From the NCBI GenBank assembly GCA_009103225.1, contig RHPI01003508.1, positions 234,725-298,724 of the forward strand: 64,000 nt of DNA. Direction: 5' to 3'. Shown piece by piece: positions 41,249 to 53,200 of the stretch. How positions within the stretch are numbered: position 1 is the first letter of the stretch; each line of letters starts with the position of its first letter. The notes under the pieces are model-generated. The model was not told the DNA's origin, ran no database searches, and saw only the letters and a program-made list of their open reading frames with translations. Source of the DNA: Chlorokybus atmophyticus (Eukaryota; Plantae; Mesostigma and Chlorokybus algae). A program made the translations under genes and the position numbers.

Positions 41249-43000
41249 CATCAAAGTCATAAATGTAAATTTCGTATTAAGCAGCAATTATGCCACATGG
41301 CACGTGCCGCATATAAGAGGACGACGATCAACTATGTGCATACAATATACAGCAGTATATCTTACACTGTATAAGTAATGATGCATGCGTATCTGTATAG
41401 CTGAATTGATTTGCATAACATTAACACAGTTATTATATGAGCATGAATGTGGCTATAAATGTGAAGCTGCGATAGTAGTCTTTGTTACATGCATGCGAAA
41501 GAATCTCTCGCATGCATGTAACTACTTGTGTTATTGGTAGTCATTTGTGAAATTTTTAATAGTACATCAAATACGCAATTGCTTACACAATTGTTTGCTG
41601 ATTTATGTAGCTCACAATGCTTGGCCAACTTGTAGCTTAATATGACAAGTTCAATGCACTTGATTGCCGTTCACTTCAACCCTTGAGGTTGAAGGCGCCT
41701 GCTGACATTCTTCTTGTGGAGTACCATTTACTATTATCAAACCAACAGTGCGAACAGCAGAAGTCTAATGAAAAACATCACACTTGCGGTGCTGCCAGGT
41801 TTCTTGATGACGACGCAGCCTTGGTTGCCTTGCGAACCGCATATGATAGGTGACCCCATAGGCTGCGTCACTGGCAGTCGGTTCAGTCAAACCAAACGAG
41901 TGCGCCGGTCCAGGCCGCGTCATTTACACCCTGCACGCAGGCTGCAGCGTGGGCAGGACACCGATTGGAGGGCGCCGTCCGGGACACCGTCTTACACGTG
42001 TCTTCACACGGTTTCTCACGTTTTGCAAACAGGCAGCATATACTTATTTCAGAATATACATGCCTGTTTCGCTTCTTTGGAAAGGAAAGGGCCACCGCAT
42101 ACGGAAGCCCTCAACCGCTTTCTACCAGCATTCTGTAACTTAGCATGGGCGGCGAGGTTATTCTAGCAGCTTATGGAGCAGTAGCACGGCTTCGGTGCTG
42201 TACAGGTTTCTCATTAAGTCGGCTTGGGCGGCGAAAGTTGTTGGCAAATTGGGGTCAGTTCGAGATGTAGTGTGGCTGCTGTTTGGTTGGCAATGTATCA
42301 TGCAAACGCGTGCATTAGCCCCACCCCAGGGCCCGCTCTGGGCACAACGGTGGTGGAACCGCACGCTACTTGCATGCTTAGAAGGCGTTTGCAAGCGGTA
42401 CAGCTCATCATGCGTTTTGTTTGAGGCTCTAGTTGGCTGTTTTAAGCTGTGGTATGTTGACAATGTGGAACATGCAGGACAACGTTATTCATTTTCACCG
42501 TCTTATTAACAATTGTACATTTGAATGGTTGTTGGGGCTTTACCATAATGTTTGCATGGCACATGTAGGCACATTTAGCAATGAATTCCGTTTCCGCATG
42601 GCGATGACTGCTATGTATATGGCAAGCCGCACCATAGCATTTCCGAGTTGCATAATACTATCCAACTCGCCTTGACATTTCTAGTATTTCATCATGTCCC
42701 CTCCTTGGGGGTGATCGCGGCGGCCGGGTGAGGGGGGAGAGGAGGTGAGGGATGCTGCCGGGGCAGGTGGGGAGCAGAGGCGCCGCCTTTATGCTCTCCT
42801 CCTAGCTGCTGGCTTGCGAGCTTGTTGCAATTGTTGACTTTCGGCATCAGTTCTATCTTCAGAACATGGCCTCTCCGCCCAGCTTGGGCGAGGGGCCGCT
42901 AGCGGGCGAGAAGGAGATGACGGAATCAACCTCTCTGGTCGTCTCTGCTGACCCCCTCGACTGCGATCTGGCAAGCCCCCTGCTCGCTAGCTCAACCTAG

Positions 43001-44817
43001 CACATGGGGCTTGCAGCCTGTGCCAGTGTTGGCACAAACCGGTTGTGCTAGTACTGGCACCTGCCTTTTGGGGCTAGACTCAAATAGCCCCGAAACTGGC
43101 ACAAACCGGCTTGTGCCAGCAATGGATGCTGACTTACCTGCTGGTAAGTGGCACAAACGGTTGTTTGCTAGTACTGGCATGCTAAACATCAAGTAGTCAT
43201 TGCTGGCACAACAATGGATTTGTGCCATGCTTGGCAGGTAGCACTCGTGCCAGAACTAGCACATGCTAATCGTATGCCATGGGCAATGAAATGTAGTTTA
43301 TGTGCCAGTACTTGCATAAGAAGTTGCGCATCGGTGCTGAATGGGCGGAGAAGGTTCTACTGTCATGTGCCACCAATGAGGCTGCATAGTCAACGTGATG
43401 GTATCAATCTGACTGAATTGCTGCTGCACACAAGCATGAAATCACTGTTGTGCAAATGTAAACAAATATAGCGTTACAAAACTGTAACTTCTATTTCTAC
43501 TGGTATTACTACTGCAACTACTTCTACAACTGCAGCTCTAGCTCTAGCCTTGTGATGTCGCAACCAATGGCGAGCAAAACCGCATCAGCTCAAGCTCTGC
43601 CGTACCACCATCGCAATCATCAGACGCACAGACCGAGCGCGCACCAACACTAAGCCAGACCAATGCATTGTACACCAACTTAGAAGACCAGCAGACAAGC
43701 CAACAAGCATACCTACCAATTGAACCCGTCAGAGCAGACCAGTAGCTGATGCTCCGTTGTGGTGCTGCTTATGTGGACGGGAGCTGCCCACTTGCATTGT
43801 GCACAAACTTCAATTCCTGCAAATATGCGTAATGCGATGGAAAAGGGGACCTTTAGCAATGTGGTAGTGTGCCCAAGTGATTTGCTGAGTGAGTTTACCT
43901 CACTGCTGCAGCATTGTGCTAAGACCAGGTCCAAGACCAGGTATAAAACCAAGTCAAAGACCCGGCCTAAGTCCAAGTCAAAGACCAGCCTAGGCTCCTC
44001 AACCTGAGATCCTCCAGGCCCGTGTGCGCAATCGCCGCGCGTATGCATTTGGTTGCCTGTTGCTCCTTGAGGAACTTACCTAGTTTGTGCCAAAGCATTC
44101 CAACGGCACCTGATAATAACATACCCCATCAGACACTTTGCACATCCAAGCAGCAACAACTGCGCTCACTGCTCAAAACATGCATATGACAGTTGCAGGC
44201 AGCAATAGCAGTACTTGGCATGCAGTTTAATTGAGCGGAACAGCCACACAACAGATGCACAAGTGTGCACGCACACACACACAGAAAGCAACGTACCAGC
44301 TGGTCACCAGCCACTCGTGTTGTTGCAAGGGCGTGCTGGACGACTGCGAGCTGGCGTGCTCGCTCAGCTGTCATGCTGCCGCTGACGCTGCAACGCCAGT
44401 GCAGAAGTTGTAAGTGGCAATGCATTGGACAAGAATAACTGTGCTGCAAACTCTTCACGATGAAGACAAACAACACAGAGTATTGCCTACTAGCGCTGCC
44501 AACTTCCGGCGTTCCTCTTCACGTGGGTGAAAGCAAGCTGCAAGTGCCAGCCGCAGAAGTCTATAACATACAGTAGCATTACTCACTCTGAGAGGTTGCT
44601 TGCAAGTTATGGCCATGTGAAGGTATTGCACGCATAAGCACACCTATGCATAGGAGAGAGAGAGAGGGAGAGAGGGAGAGAGAGAGGGAGAGAGGGAGAG
44701 GGAGAGCGAGGGAGAGGGAGAGAGAGCGAGAGGGAGAGGGAGAGGGAGAGCGAGAGGGAGAGCGGGAGCGGGAGCGCGAGCGGGAGCGCGAGAGAGAGCG
44801 AGAGCGCGCGCGCGAGC

Positions 44818-44873
<56 letters not shown>

Positions 44874-45871
44874 AGCAGCAGCAGCAGCAGCAAGTAGAAC
44901 GCAGCAAGCTGCCTACTTGCGTCCAGTCGCTGCTGGCATGCAGCCTGCAGCGGCTGGCATGCTGCCTGCAACACACCGTCATAAACAACCATACGTACAT
45001 AACATTAACCATTGCTTGCGTCAAGCTGCTCCGCGGAGCAGCTTGACGCAAGCACGCCAGCAGCGACTGGCATGCTGCCTGTTGCAACACACGGTCGTTG
45101 ACAACAAACCATACATACACAATGTCAACCATCACCCGAGCTGCCCGCCCGCCCGCCCGCCCGCCCGCCCAGCCTGGTCTGGGCTGTATTGCCGCCAGCG
45201 TCTTGGGCTGGAACTCAGGCCTACAACTTATAAGCTTGTAAGTTACAAGCTTGTACCAGTTGCAAGATACTCTAAGTTTGTAACTTAAGTCTTCGGTAAG
45301 AATCGCTAAATATTTGTCTTAACCAATTCGCTCGACATGACTTGTCAGTTAAAAGTGCTATGATCGGTTAGTCAAATTTAAATTAAATTTAAAAAAACTG
45401 CCACTATGTAGGATAAGGACTGACTCACTCAGTCCTTATCCTACATAGTCCAATATCCTACATAGTCGGATAAGTGCTGAGACAGTCAGTATGTTATACG
45501 GGTCTTTCGGGTCTCGGAAGCTTCTGCCTGGTCTGCCGGATCTAAGCCCTACGGCTTCATGCTAGGCTCAAGGTCCAAGGCCTTATATTGATACTGGCAG
45601 TGATTTATTCAATTGATTCAAATGACATAGACCACTTAAAGTATTCGTGGTCTAGGTTTGAGCCAGTAATGGAAAGCGTTGTCCCTCCCATGTCATAAAC
45701 GGCACAGCGTTTGTGCCATTGCAGGTCTGTAATGGCCAGAGCTGTGATGGCACAGTTTATGCCAGTATTGGCAGAAGTCTTTCATAGGTTGCCAGTATTA
45801 GCACAAAAAGTTTGCGCCAGTACTGGTACGGGTTTGTTCCAGCACTGGCACAAACTCGCTAGACCTATGTG
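43001..45871. mobile_element. Non-autonomous CACTA/EnSpm-like DNA transposon with CACAT termini
   Basis: CACAT...ATGTG ends, 3-bp TSD TAG (42998-43000 and 45872-45874), ~60-bp imperfect TIR, arrays of TGGCACAAA/TGTGCCAG subterminal motifs at 43010-43320 and 45700-45860; no transposase ORF found. Confidence 0.8.
44653..44893. repeat. (GA)n-rich polypurine microsatellite followed by (GCA)n
   Basis: About 220 bp of AG/GGGAGA/GCGA units, then AGC repeats. Confidence 0.95.
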
Positions 45872-46699
45872 TAGGCCGCTGCGATCTCCTCCGGTAGCGG
45901 CCTGGCCCGTACGGCTAAAGATGTTAGGCGACCTACCTCTCTCCTTGTTCCAGCCTTCTGGGGCCACCTCCGGGGGCCCCTTGCCCACAGCTAAATGCTT
46001 GTCTTTTCTCACTGTCAATACATTCGCAAGTACTCTCACCCCTTCTATGGAGGGGCGCGATATTGTGAATGTGCTTATTGCGGCGTCAGCATATGCACCG
46101 TGGCATCAATGCCTTTGCACTTGTGCTCTTGTTTTCTCTCTTTCCCGTTTCCACCATCCCTAATATGCGCATTGGCTTAGCTTTATGCCAATGGCGTAGG
46201 CGCTGCTGGTAGTGTTGTTCTAGCTTCTGAGCACCCTCCTTCTGCTGGAGAAGTTCGTTGCATCTTCTCCACTGCAGCATGTGTGACACTTCTTTTCGTC
46301 GCAAATTTTACACGGTGAGTGACGAGAGACTGAGGAACTATTTGATGCCTGACCCTATCTGACACTAACGGACCAAACGACTTGGGCCACAAAGGGACTG
46401 AATAAACTGCCGGTGCGCATTGTGGACAATAACTAATTGCCGACCGCCGATCGTACAGTACAGTGGACTATTGCCTACCGGTGATTACGTGACATCAACA
46501 TATTTTGACGGCCGACCGCCGGTCTTACGGCTTCCGTAATGGCGACCTACATGTAATGGCAATTAAGTGTATATTCAAGCCCCTAATGGCGGTGGTGGAT
46601 ACCGGTGAGTCGGAGTTGACCCGCGGCCGGCCGTCGGCCGTACATAAGCCGCCGCGGTGATCAACCTACATTGGCAAGCAAGTGACCATTCAATCTCAA

Positions 46700-47323
46700 C
46701 TAAGTCTCTCAAGAGGGACGAGCGATGGCGGCGAGTACCTGTCAGTCCGGTTAGTTATACTCGGCACACTTAATAGAACAATAGTACCATTGCGATGGTA
46801 CAACAGTCCCATCAAAGTACCCTATACGGCACTCATCATTCAATGGTACAACGGTGCTGTCGTACCATTTTAGCGGTACGACTGTACTATTGAACTTGAA
46901 GACGTTGAGCGTTTAAAATGCATCAGCGTTTTAAACGCTGAACGGCTTCATTTACAATGACAGTTGTGCGGCGGCGGCGGCGGCGGCGGCACGGTTGGTG
47001 AGTTTGTGTAAATGTGTGTACGCGGGGTGGTTGAGTTGCATGTGCATGATGGCGTTATGTTAAGTGCAACAGCGCAACCCGCCCTTCTTGCAGGCCAGGA
47101 CAGGCGGCGGCGGCGGCGGCGGCATGGTAGGTGAGTTTCTTTGTATGCGTGTGTATGCTGCCGTTGTGTTTACGCCCTTCTTGGCGACCAGGCCAAGCGG
47201 AGGAGGAGCGGCGAGGGCGGCGGAGGAGCGGCGGTGCAGGCGCGGAGGAGTGGAGAGTGGAGGAGCAGCGGCTGAGTATAAGGGTAGAGTATATAAAGTA
47301 GTAATAGTAGTAGCTCAATGTTA

Positions 47324-47359
<36 letters not shown>

Positions 47360-47730
47360 CTCAATGTAGCTTACATTGTAGCGTAGCAACATGTTACAAT
47401 GTTATTGTTATTATATTATATTATATTATATATTTGTGAATCAGTCAAGTTATTATATTATATTATATATTTGTGACTTGCCGTCTCTCACAGTTGACGA
47501 CAATCACATGCAGTACCTGCTCGTGACTAAATGGTACCGATAGGTATTGGGGACAGTGACGTCAGGTACCTTGAAGGTATCATAAGGTACTCCAAAGGTA
47601 CCTGATAGTTGGGTACCTCCAAGGTACAGTCGCCGGTACCTTACTGTTGGGTACCGGTTAGTTAGGTCAAGTCCCCTTTGCTTGACTAATGGGTATTTAA
47701 CAGGTACCCGTCAATCTAGGTCAGTCCCAT
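46700..47730. mobile_element. Probable non-autonomous DNA element with GTAC-rich arrays at both ends; termini undefined
   Basis: Eight GTAC in ~46735-46890 and about ten in ~47513-47710, around a (GGC)n/(GTA)n/(TTATA)n core. Confidence 0.4.
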
Positions 47731-47829
47731 TATTAAAACGGCCGCCGACTGATGGTGACGGCTGTTATACTCAGGTCTCTGTATCGAGATTACATGTGGA
47801 CTGAGGTACGACAGTCTAAATGAGTATCC

Positions 47830-49455
47830 TCAGGTGCACGGCTGTTGCAAATATTTCATCGGCCGGCAGGGGAAACAATTTGCAAAGTTATAGCGTGCAA
47901 AGAAGCACTTGCTCCGTCCCTGCTACGGACGCGAAGTGACGGCGATGCGATGGGAAGAAGCTGCAGCATTCCGCTATTGGATATCTTCTCTCGGCATGCG
48001 ACCAGGACTTCTCCCTTTCGTCCGCGGAGGGGTTCGGAAGTATGGCGTGTTGGGTTCTGCAATTTCTTCTCCGTCCTCCTCTTCCTCTCCTCCTTTGGAC
48101 ACCTCCACCTCTCGGTTTCGCTTTCTCGCCTTCCCCGCGATGCAGCTTTCGAGCAAGCTCTCTCTTCGTGTCAAGCAACAAGGTTCGTGGCTTACATACA
48201 CGGTGGATGTGGTTACCCCATCAACTTCAGCCACATGCCACTTGTGCAAAAAGCTCGGCCACACACGAGCAAGCTGCCTTATGCAATACCAACCGCAATA
48301 ACAGGTCCCTCTCGCTGATGCCAGCTCCGCTTTCGTCTGTAGGCCTCGCTGGTCAGCAATCTGCGTCTCCTCACGTTGCTGATCCGGGGGCTCTGGCCTC
48401 AGCAACTATTGTTTCAATGAGTAGCTCGGCTGGCGGCCTGCCACCTCCCTTAGCCTCGGCTAAAGATTGGCAGCTGGTTAGCAAGCCAAAACAATCCGCC
48501 TCTTTGCCTGCTTTAGCGATAGCTGCGACTGTTGCGGTGACCTCCGTTTCAGTTTCTGCCCCTCCTCCGCCGCAGCCAGCTGCTCCCATACAGTTGGTGC
48601 AGCCCTCACTGTCCAATTGGCTTCTTCAGCAGCCTGACCCCCTCACTTTTCCCAAGCCGTGGTGCAAGGAGGAAGAGGTGGATGAGGAGAAGGTTGTGCA
48701 GACGGCACCAGGTGATGTCATCATACTATCGTAGGAACCAGCTTCTGCTGCTTATCACCCTACTCATGCATTGCGCAAGCTGCTGGAGGCGGAAGGTCTA
48801 AAGGTGGGCGACAAACCCTTTGACACCGTGTTTCTGGTCTCTTGATTGGAAACGGCTTACAGCAACACCTCTCGACAGCTTAGCTCCTACTGTCTAACAT
48901 TGGGCAAGCTTCTGGGATGAAGGTAACGCGTGTTCACCCTCGTTTACTCCTTCGTCTTCTTTGTCTACGTGGCTTCGTTCTCACTTACGAAAGAGCTTGC
49001 ACTCGCTGGGCTACCCCCTCAACACGGTGACTGAAGAGCGAGACATGATTGCAGCGATGTTCAACATCCTCATCACCCGCGTAGGCGGACGGCGCAAGCA
49101 TCGGCTCTACTTGCTGCCCACAATCTTGGACATCTCATCCACACTTGTCCCTGTGCCCGGATTTACTCAGCGTTGGGATATGCTGACTGCGTGGACGGCG
49201 TATGTGACAGAGCGAGCAGCCGGCCGCACGAGCACTCTGGGACTGCTCATCTCGAAAGCCCTGCAGGCGTCGCGCGCTCCCGCTGCTACGCAACTCTCTC
49301 CCCCGGAGCAGCCAATGACGGCGCCATCTGCATCCCGCTCTGCAGTGGTAACGTCTCTTTGTTGTGAAATCGGCTGCGTAGGACTTGCTCTCCCCCCTGG
49401 CAGCCCTTCTCCCTCAGCTCGCCCCCCCCCGCTGCCATATTTGCGTCACCAATGA
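47830..49455 (+). mobile_element. Non-LTR retrotransposon (L1-like) ORF1 remnant
   Basis: Zinc knuckle TCHLCKKLGHTRASC preceded by an RRM-like segment and followed by a Pro/Ser/Ala-rich linker; frameshifted; no ORF2 found downstream. Confidence 0.55.
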
Positions 49456-50219
49456 AGGCCAGGCCAGCGTCAGCGGTGTTATCGATCATGGTAGTGTTAC
49501 ACTACCAAGATGGCGAGTGGTGGCTGGGGATAGGCAGGTGTGGCGATGACTCGCCTTTTCTTTTCGCTCTCGCTACCTCAGCAGCACACACATCACAATT
49601 TTGCTAGGCGTTGAGGCACAATTTGCAGCTTTGATATTGTCAGCTGTTCTTGGACACCTCTCTACAGCTGTGTTGCTGGTCATGTCAATAAAATAGTTGT
49701 CAACCATTGTTTGCCAGCATACACAACACAGCGGTGCTACAGTCAGCTGCCTTTGACTCAACTGTAGTACAGTTTGGCAGCTTTTATGGCTGGCCAACTG
49801 TACTACACCTAGAGTGGCAGCTACCAGTAGCACCGCTGCTACGCAATAGCGGCCACATCACAACTGCTGTTGGAATGAAGATTTGTGCATGCGAGACAGA
49901 TTTGATGGGTGCGATACACACTGCGACTAAAACGGTAGCCGTACTGCGTTCAACGCAGTTGCACGCGCAAATTGCAGTGCAACGCTGCAGCGGGTTTATA
50001 ACGAGGGGATTTCGCGGTTAACCGGGCACAGGCAAGCTACCCTCGTGTGCTGCTGCTACCTTGGTGTCAAGGGCATGCTGGTGTTTGAAAAAACATGCAG
50101 CATGCCTGTCCGACGGTGACTAAGGCGGTCGGACACTAAGGCGCCGCCTCGGCGTACATAAGCAGTATAGCTTAGTTTCAAGTACATAGGACGGAGACTA
50201 ATGTGCACACAGTATAGCA

Positions 50220-53200
50220 GCCACTTACAACACCAATCAGCGGCAACAGTGTCTCAGCCCCAAGCATGCACACCCACAGGCATGCAGACACTACAAACCA
50301 CCACCACGCTTGCAAGAGGCTGCTGAGAAACATGCCACGCTACGCTTAACCCAACAAGCCCAGTTATTGCAAGCAACGCCTCAACCTGTCCATGATATGT
50401 CCATGAGATGAAGACTGCTCCTCACCCAGCTGTGGCATGCTCACCGCAGCGGCACGTTGTCCACCCCGACTGCCCACGCTTGCTTGCTTCTGAGGCATGG
50501 CATGGCATGGTGCGGCCCAAGCTCGTGCGGAACAGACAAAAGCGACACACTAGCCAGCGACAAGTTACTAAGTTAGTGACTCATACCAACGCCACACGCA
50601 CTGACGGCTTGCACAAACGCCGCAGCGCAGCGCTTTGTTGTCGCCTGATTATCAGTTTGGAGTTGTTAATCGTATTCCTATTTGGGACACATTCTACGTG
50701 CCCAATCAAGCAGCGCAGCAAACATAACGGCTGTAATCATTGCCCAACCGACAATCATGATGCGATACACAGCCGTTTAAGGGACTTACGCCGCCATTGT
50801 ATCATACAATTTGTATGTGGGACTTACAGCCATAATAGCGGGTTTGTTCCTCTGTTATAAGAATAATGTTGCACTTGCAATATATCATTCCATCAATGGG
50901 TTTGTTCTCTTCGTGCTTATCGTCCACAAGTTTTCGTGCAATAAGAGAGGGTTTTACGTGTTGGTATGAAGCTTGCTAAAATGCCTATTAGAAGAAACAT
51001 AAAACATTGCACTTTTAATTGTAAATTTATTTGACTTTTTTAGCTACTAACTCTTGGCCACAAAAGCGCTCCATTATCTTATTGTGTGTGACGTCAGCGG
51101 CTTGATTCTCAAGCATTAAATTTATGGATGAAGATAACCTGTACCTACGAGAAAGTGTACCTTCATTGACATAAGACACTACTGATATCGAACATTTATA
51201 TAACACGTGTTCTTGCAACCACACAGGTGGCAAGCATGACATCATTACTTGTACAATATTGCATTGTAGCTACTACTAGTACTAGGATTACTGCTGAGAA
51301 GTGCTCTCCGCAGATAGCACGCGACCACATCATCATGCCTTTTATTTATTTATTGGCCACGTTCATCATGATGATGGTAGCTGTGACGTTGAGGGCAAAC
51401 CGCAGCACCTCGACAACCCTCCCCCACCCCTCTCTGCTGCCCAGACGCATACACATGCATACGTGTGCACCCAGCTACCCACATATCCACATGACCCACG
51501 CGCCCACGCCTGCGCCTGTGCCAACGCCCCAATACGCGCACCTAGACCCAATACACGCACGCACAACGGCTCGAGCACGCCCATCCCCNNNNNNNNNNNN
51601 NNNNNNNNNNNNNNNNNNNNNNNNNNNNNNNNNNNNNNNNNNNNNNNNNNNNNNNNNNNNNNNNNNNNNNNNNNNNNNNNNNNNNNNNNNNNNNNNNNNN
51701 NNNNNNNNNNNNNNNNNNNNNNNNNNNNNNNNNNNNNNNNNNNNNNNNNNNNNNNNNNNNNNNNNNNNNNNNNNNNNNNNNNNNNNNNNNNNNNNNNNNN
51801 NNNNNNNNNNNNNNNNNNNNNNNNNNNNNNNNNNNNNNNNNNNNNNNNNNNNNNNNNNNNNNNNNNNNNNNNNNNNNNNNNNNNNNNNNNNNNNNNNNNN
51901 NNNNNNNNNNNNNNNNNNNNNNNNNNNNNNNNNNNNNNNNNNNNNNNNNNNNNNNNNNNNNNNNNNNNNNNNNNNNNNNNNNNNNNNNNNNNNNNNNNNN
52001 NNNNNNNNNNNNNNNNNNNNNNNNNNNNNNNNNNNNNNNNNNNNNNNNNNNNNNNNNNNNNNNNNNNNNNNNNNNNNNNNNNNNNNNNNNNNNNNNNNNN
52101 NNNNNNNNNNNNNNNNNNNNNNNNNNNNNNNNNNNNNNNNNNNNNNNNNNNNNNNNNNNNNNNNNNNNNNNNNNNNNNNNNNNNNNNNNNNNNNNNNNNN
52201 NNNNNNNNNNNNNNNNNNNNNNNNNNNNNNNNNNNNNNNNNNNNNNNNNNNNNNNNNNNNNNNNNNCCCCCACCCCCCGGCCGCGCCCACGCTTTTCTAC
52301 ACAGCTGCATACTTGCGCATGCGCATGCCCCCGCGCTCCTCCCTGGCATACACACACAGCCACACCGACAGACACGCACGCATCCCCCAATGTGATGCGT
52401 CTCTTTGGTACAGCCAGTATGTTCCTGCATGCGTGCGGGCATGGTGCGGCAAGAATACATGAACATTGCCGTTCCCTGCGGATCCCGGGATTACCTCACC
52501 GTGCAGGTGAGCGGTGGTGCGGTGGTGGCGAGCCATGCAATCCCTGTAGATTGCGCGTATGCGCGGTGCGTGCGCGTGCACCAGATGCTGTGCACTCACC
52601 CCAGATGCCCAGGTGCGACCAGACACACAGTTGGCATGTACGCGTCCGTGCCACCCACTGCAGCATGCGTGTCATAAGCAATAGTAAGGTGAGAACAGGT
52701 AGCCTGCACCGTCGCACCGTGCACAAGGCAGAACCAACAACAACGGCTGAGACCTCAGTCCCACTGATACAGTGACAGTATATCGTGGTTGATCACACTG
52801 ACTCCAGATGCACGCATGCACACGCACCAGCAGTTGGAGCGAAACAATAGCAGGACGGCCATCAGCTTGCAGTCTGATGACGCAACGGCCTGGTAGCAGC
52901 TGCTCTTGCCTTCGCACTGTGTGCTATTGGCGCACGCTAAGCTGCGCCTCTCGTACGTGATGTTGCCTTTGGAACGGTTGCATTCGTCCATTGTAGGTCA
53001 ACATGGCCATGGCGAGCTCAGGGTTTGTACCTCGCAGCACGCTTGCATGCATCCGCCTTGAGATGACAAAGCCGTGGCGGCAATGCCGTGTTGCAGTCGG
53101 CTGGGCCTCTTGTCTGCATGTGAGAGCGCCGCTCTTGGAGCTCAAAGCTCTTTACCCCTGCATGGATGTTGCACAAAACAATGCCATGATGAGAATGGAG

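Noticed and set aside
44579-45135. SR-like and RE-repeat ORFs
   Set aside because: Translations of the (GA)n microsatellite with no flanking domain.
46380-47830. CRISPR-like array from recurring short motifs
   Set aside because: No constant-length repeats with regular spacers, no cas genes, and a eukaryotic context.
50600-51250. AT-rich stretch as a horizontally acquired or viral gene
   Set aside because: Frames are broken, no family was recognised, and it appears to be part of duplication 2 (weak similarity to ~58090-58330).
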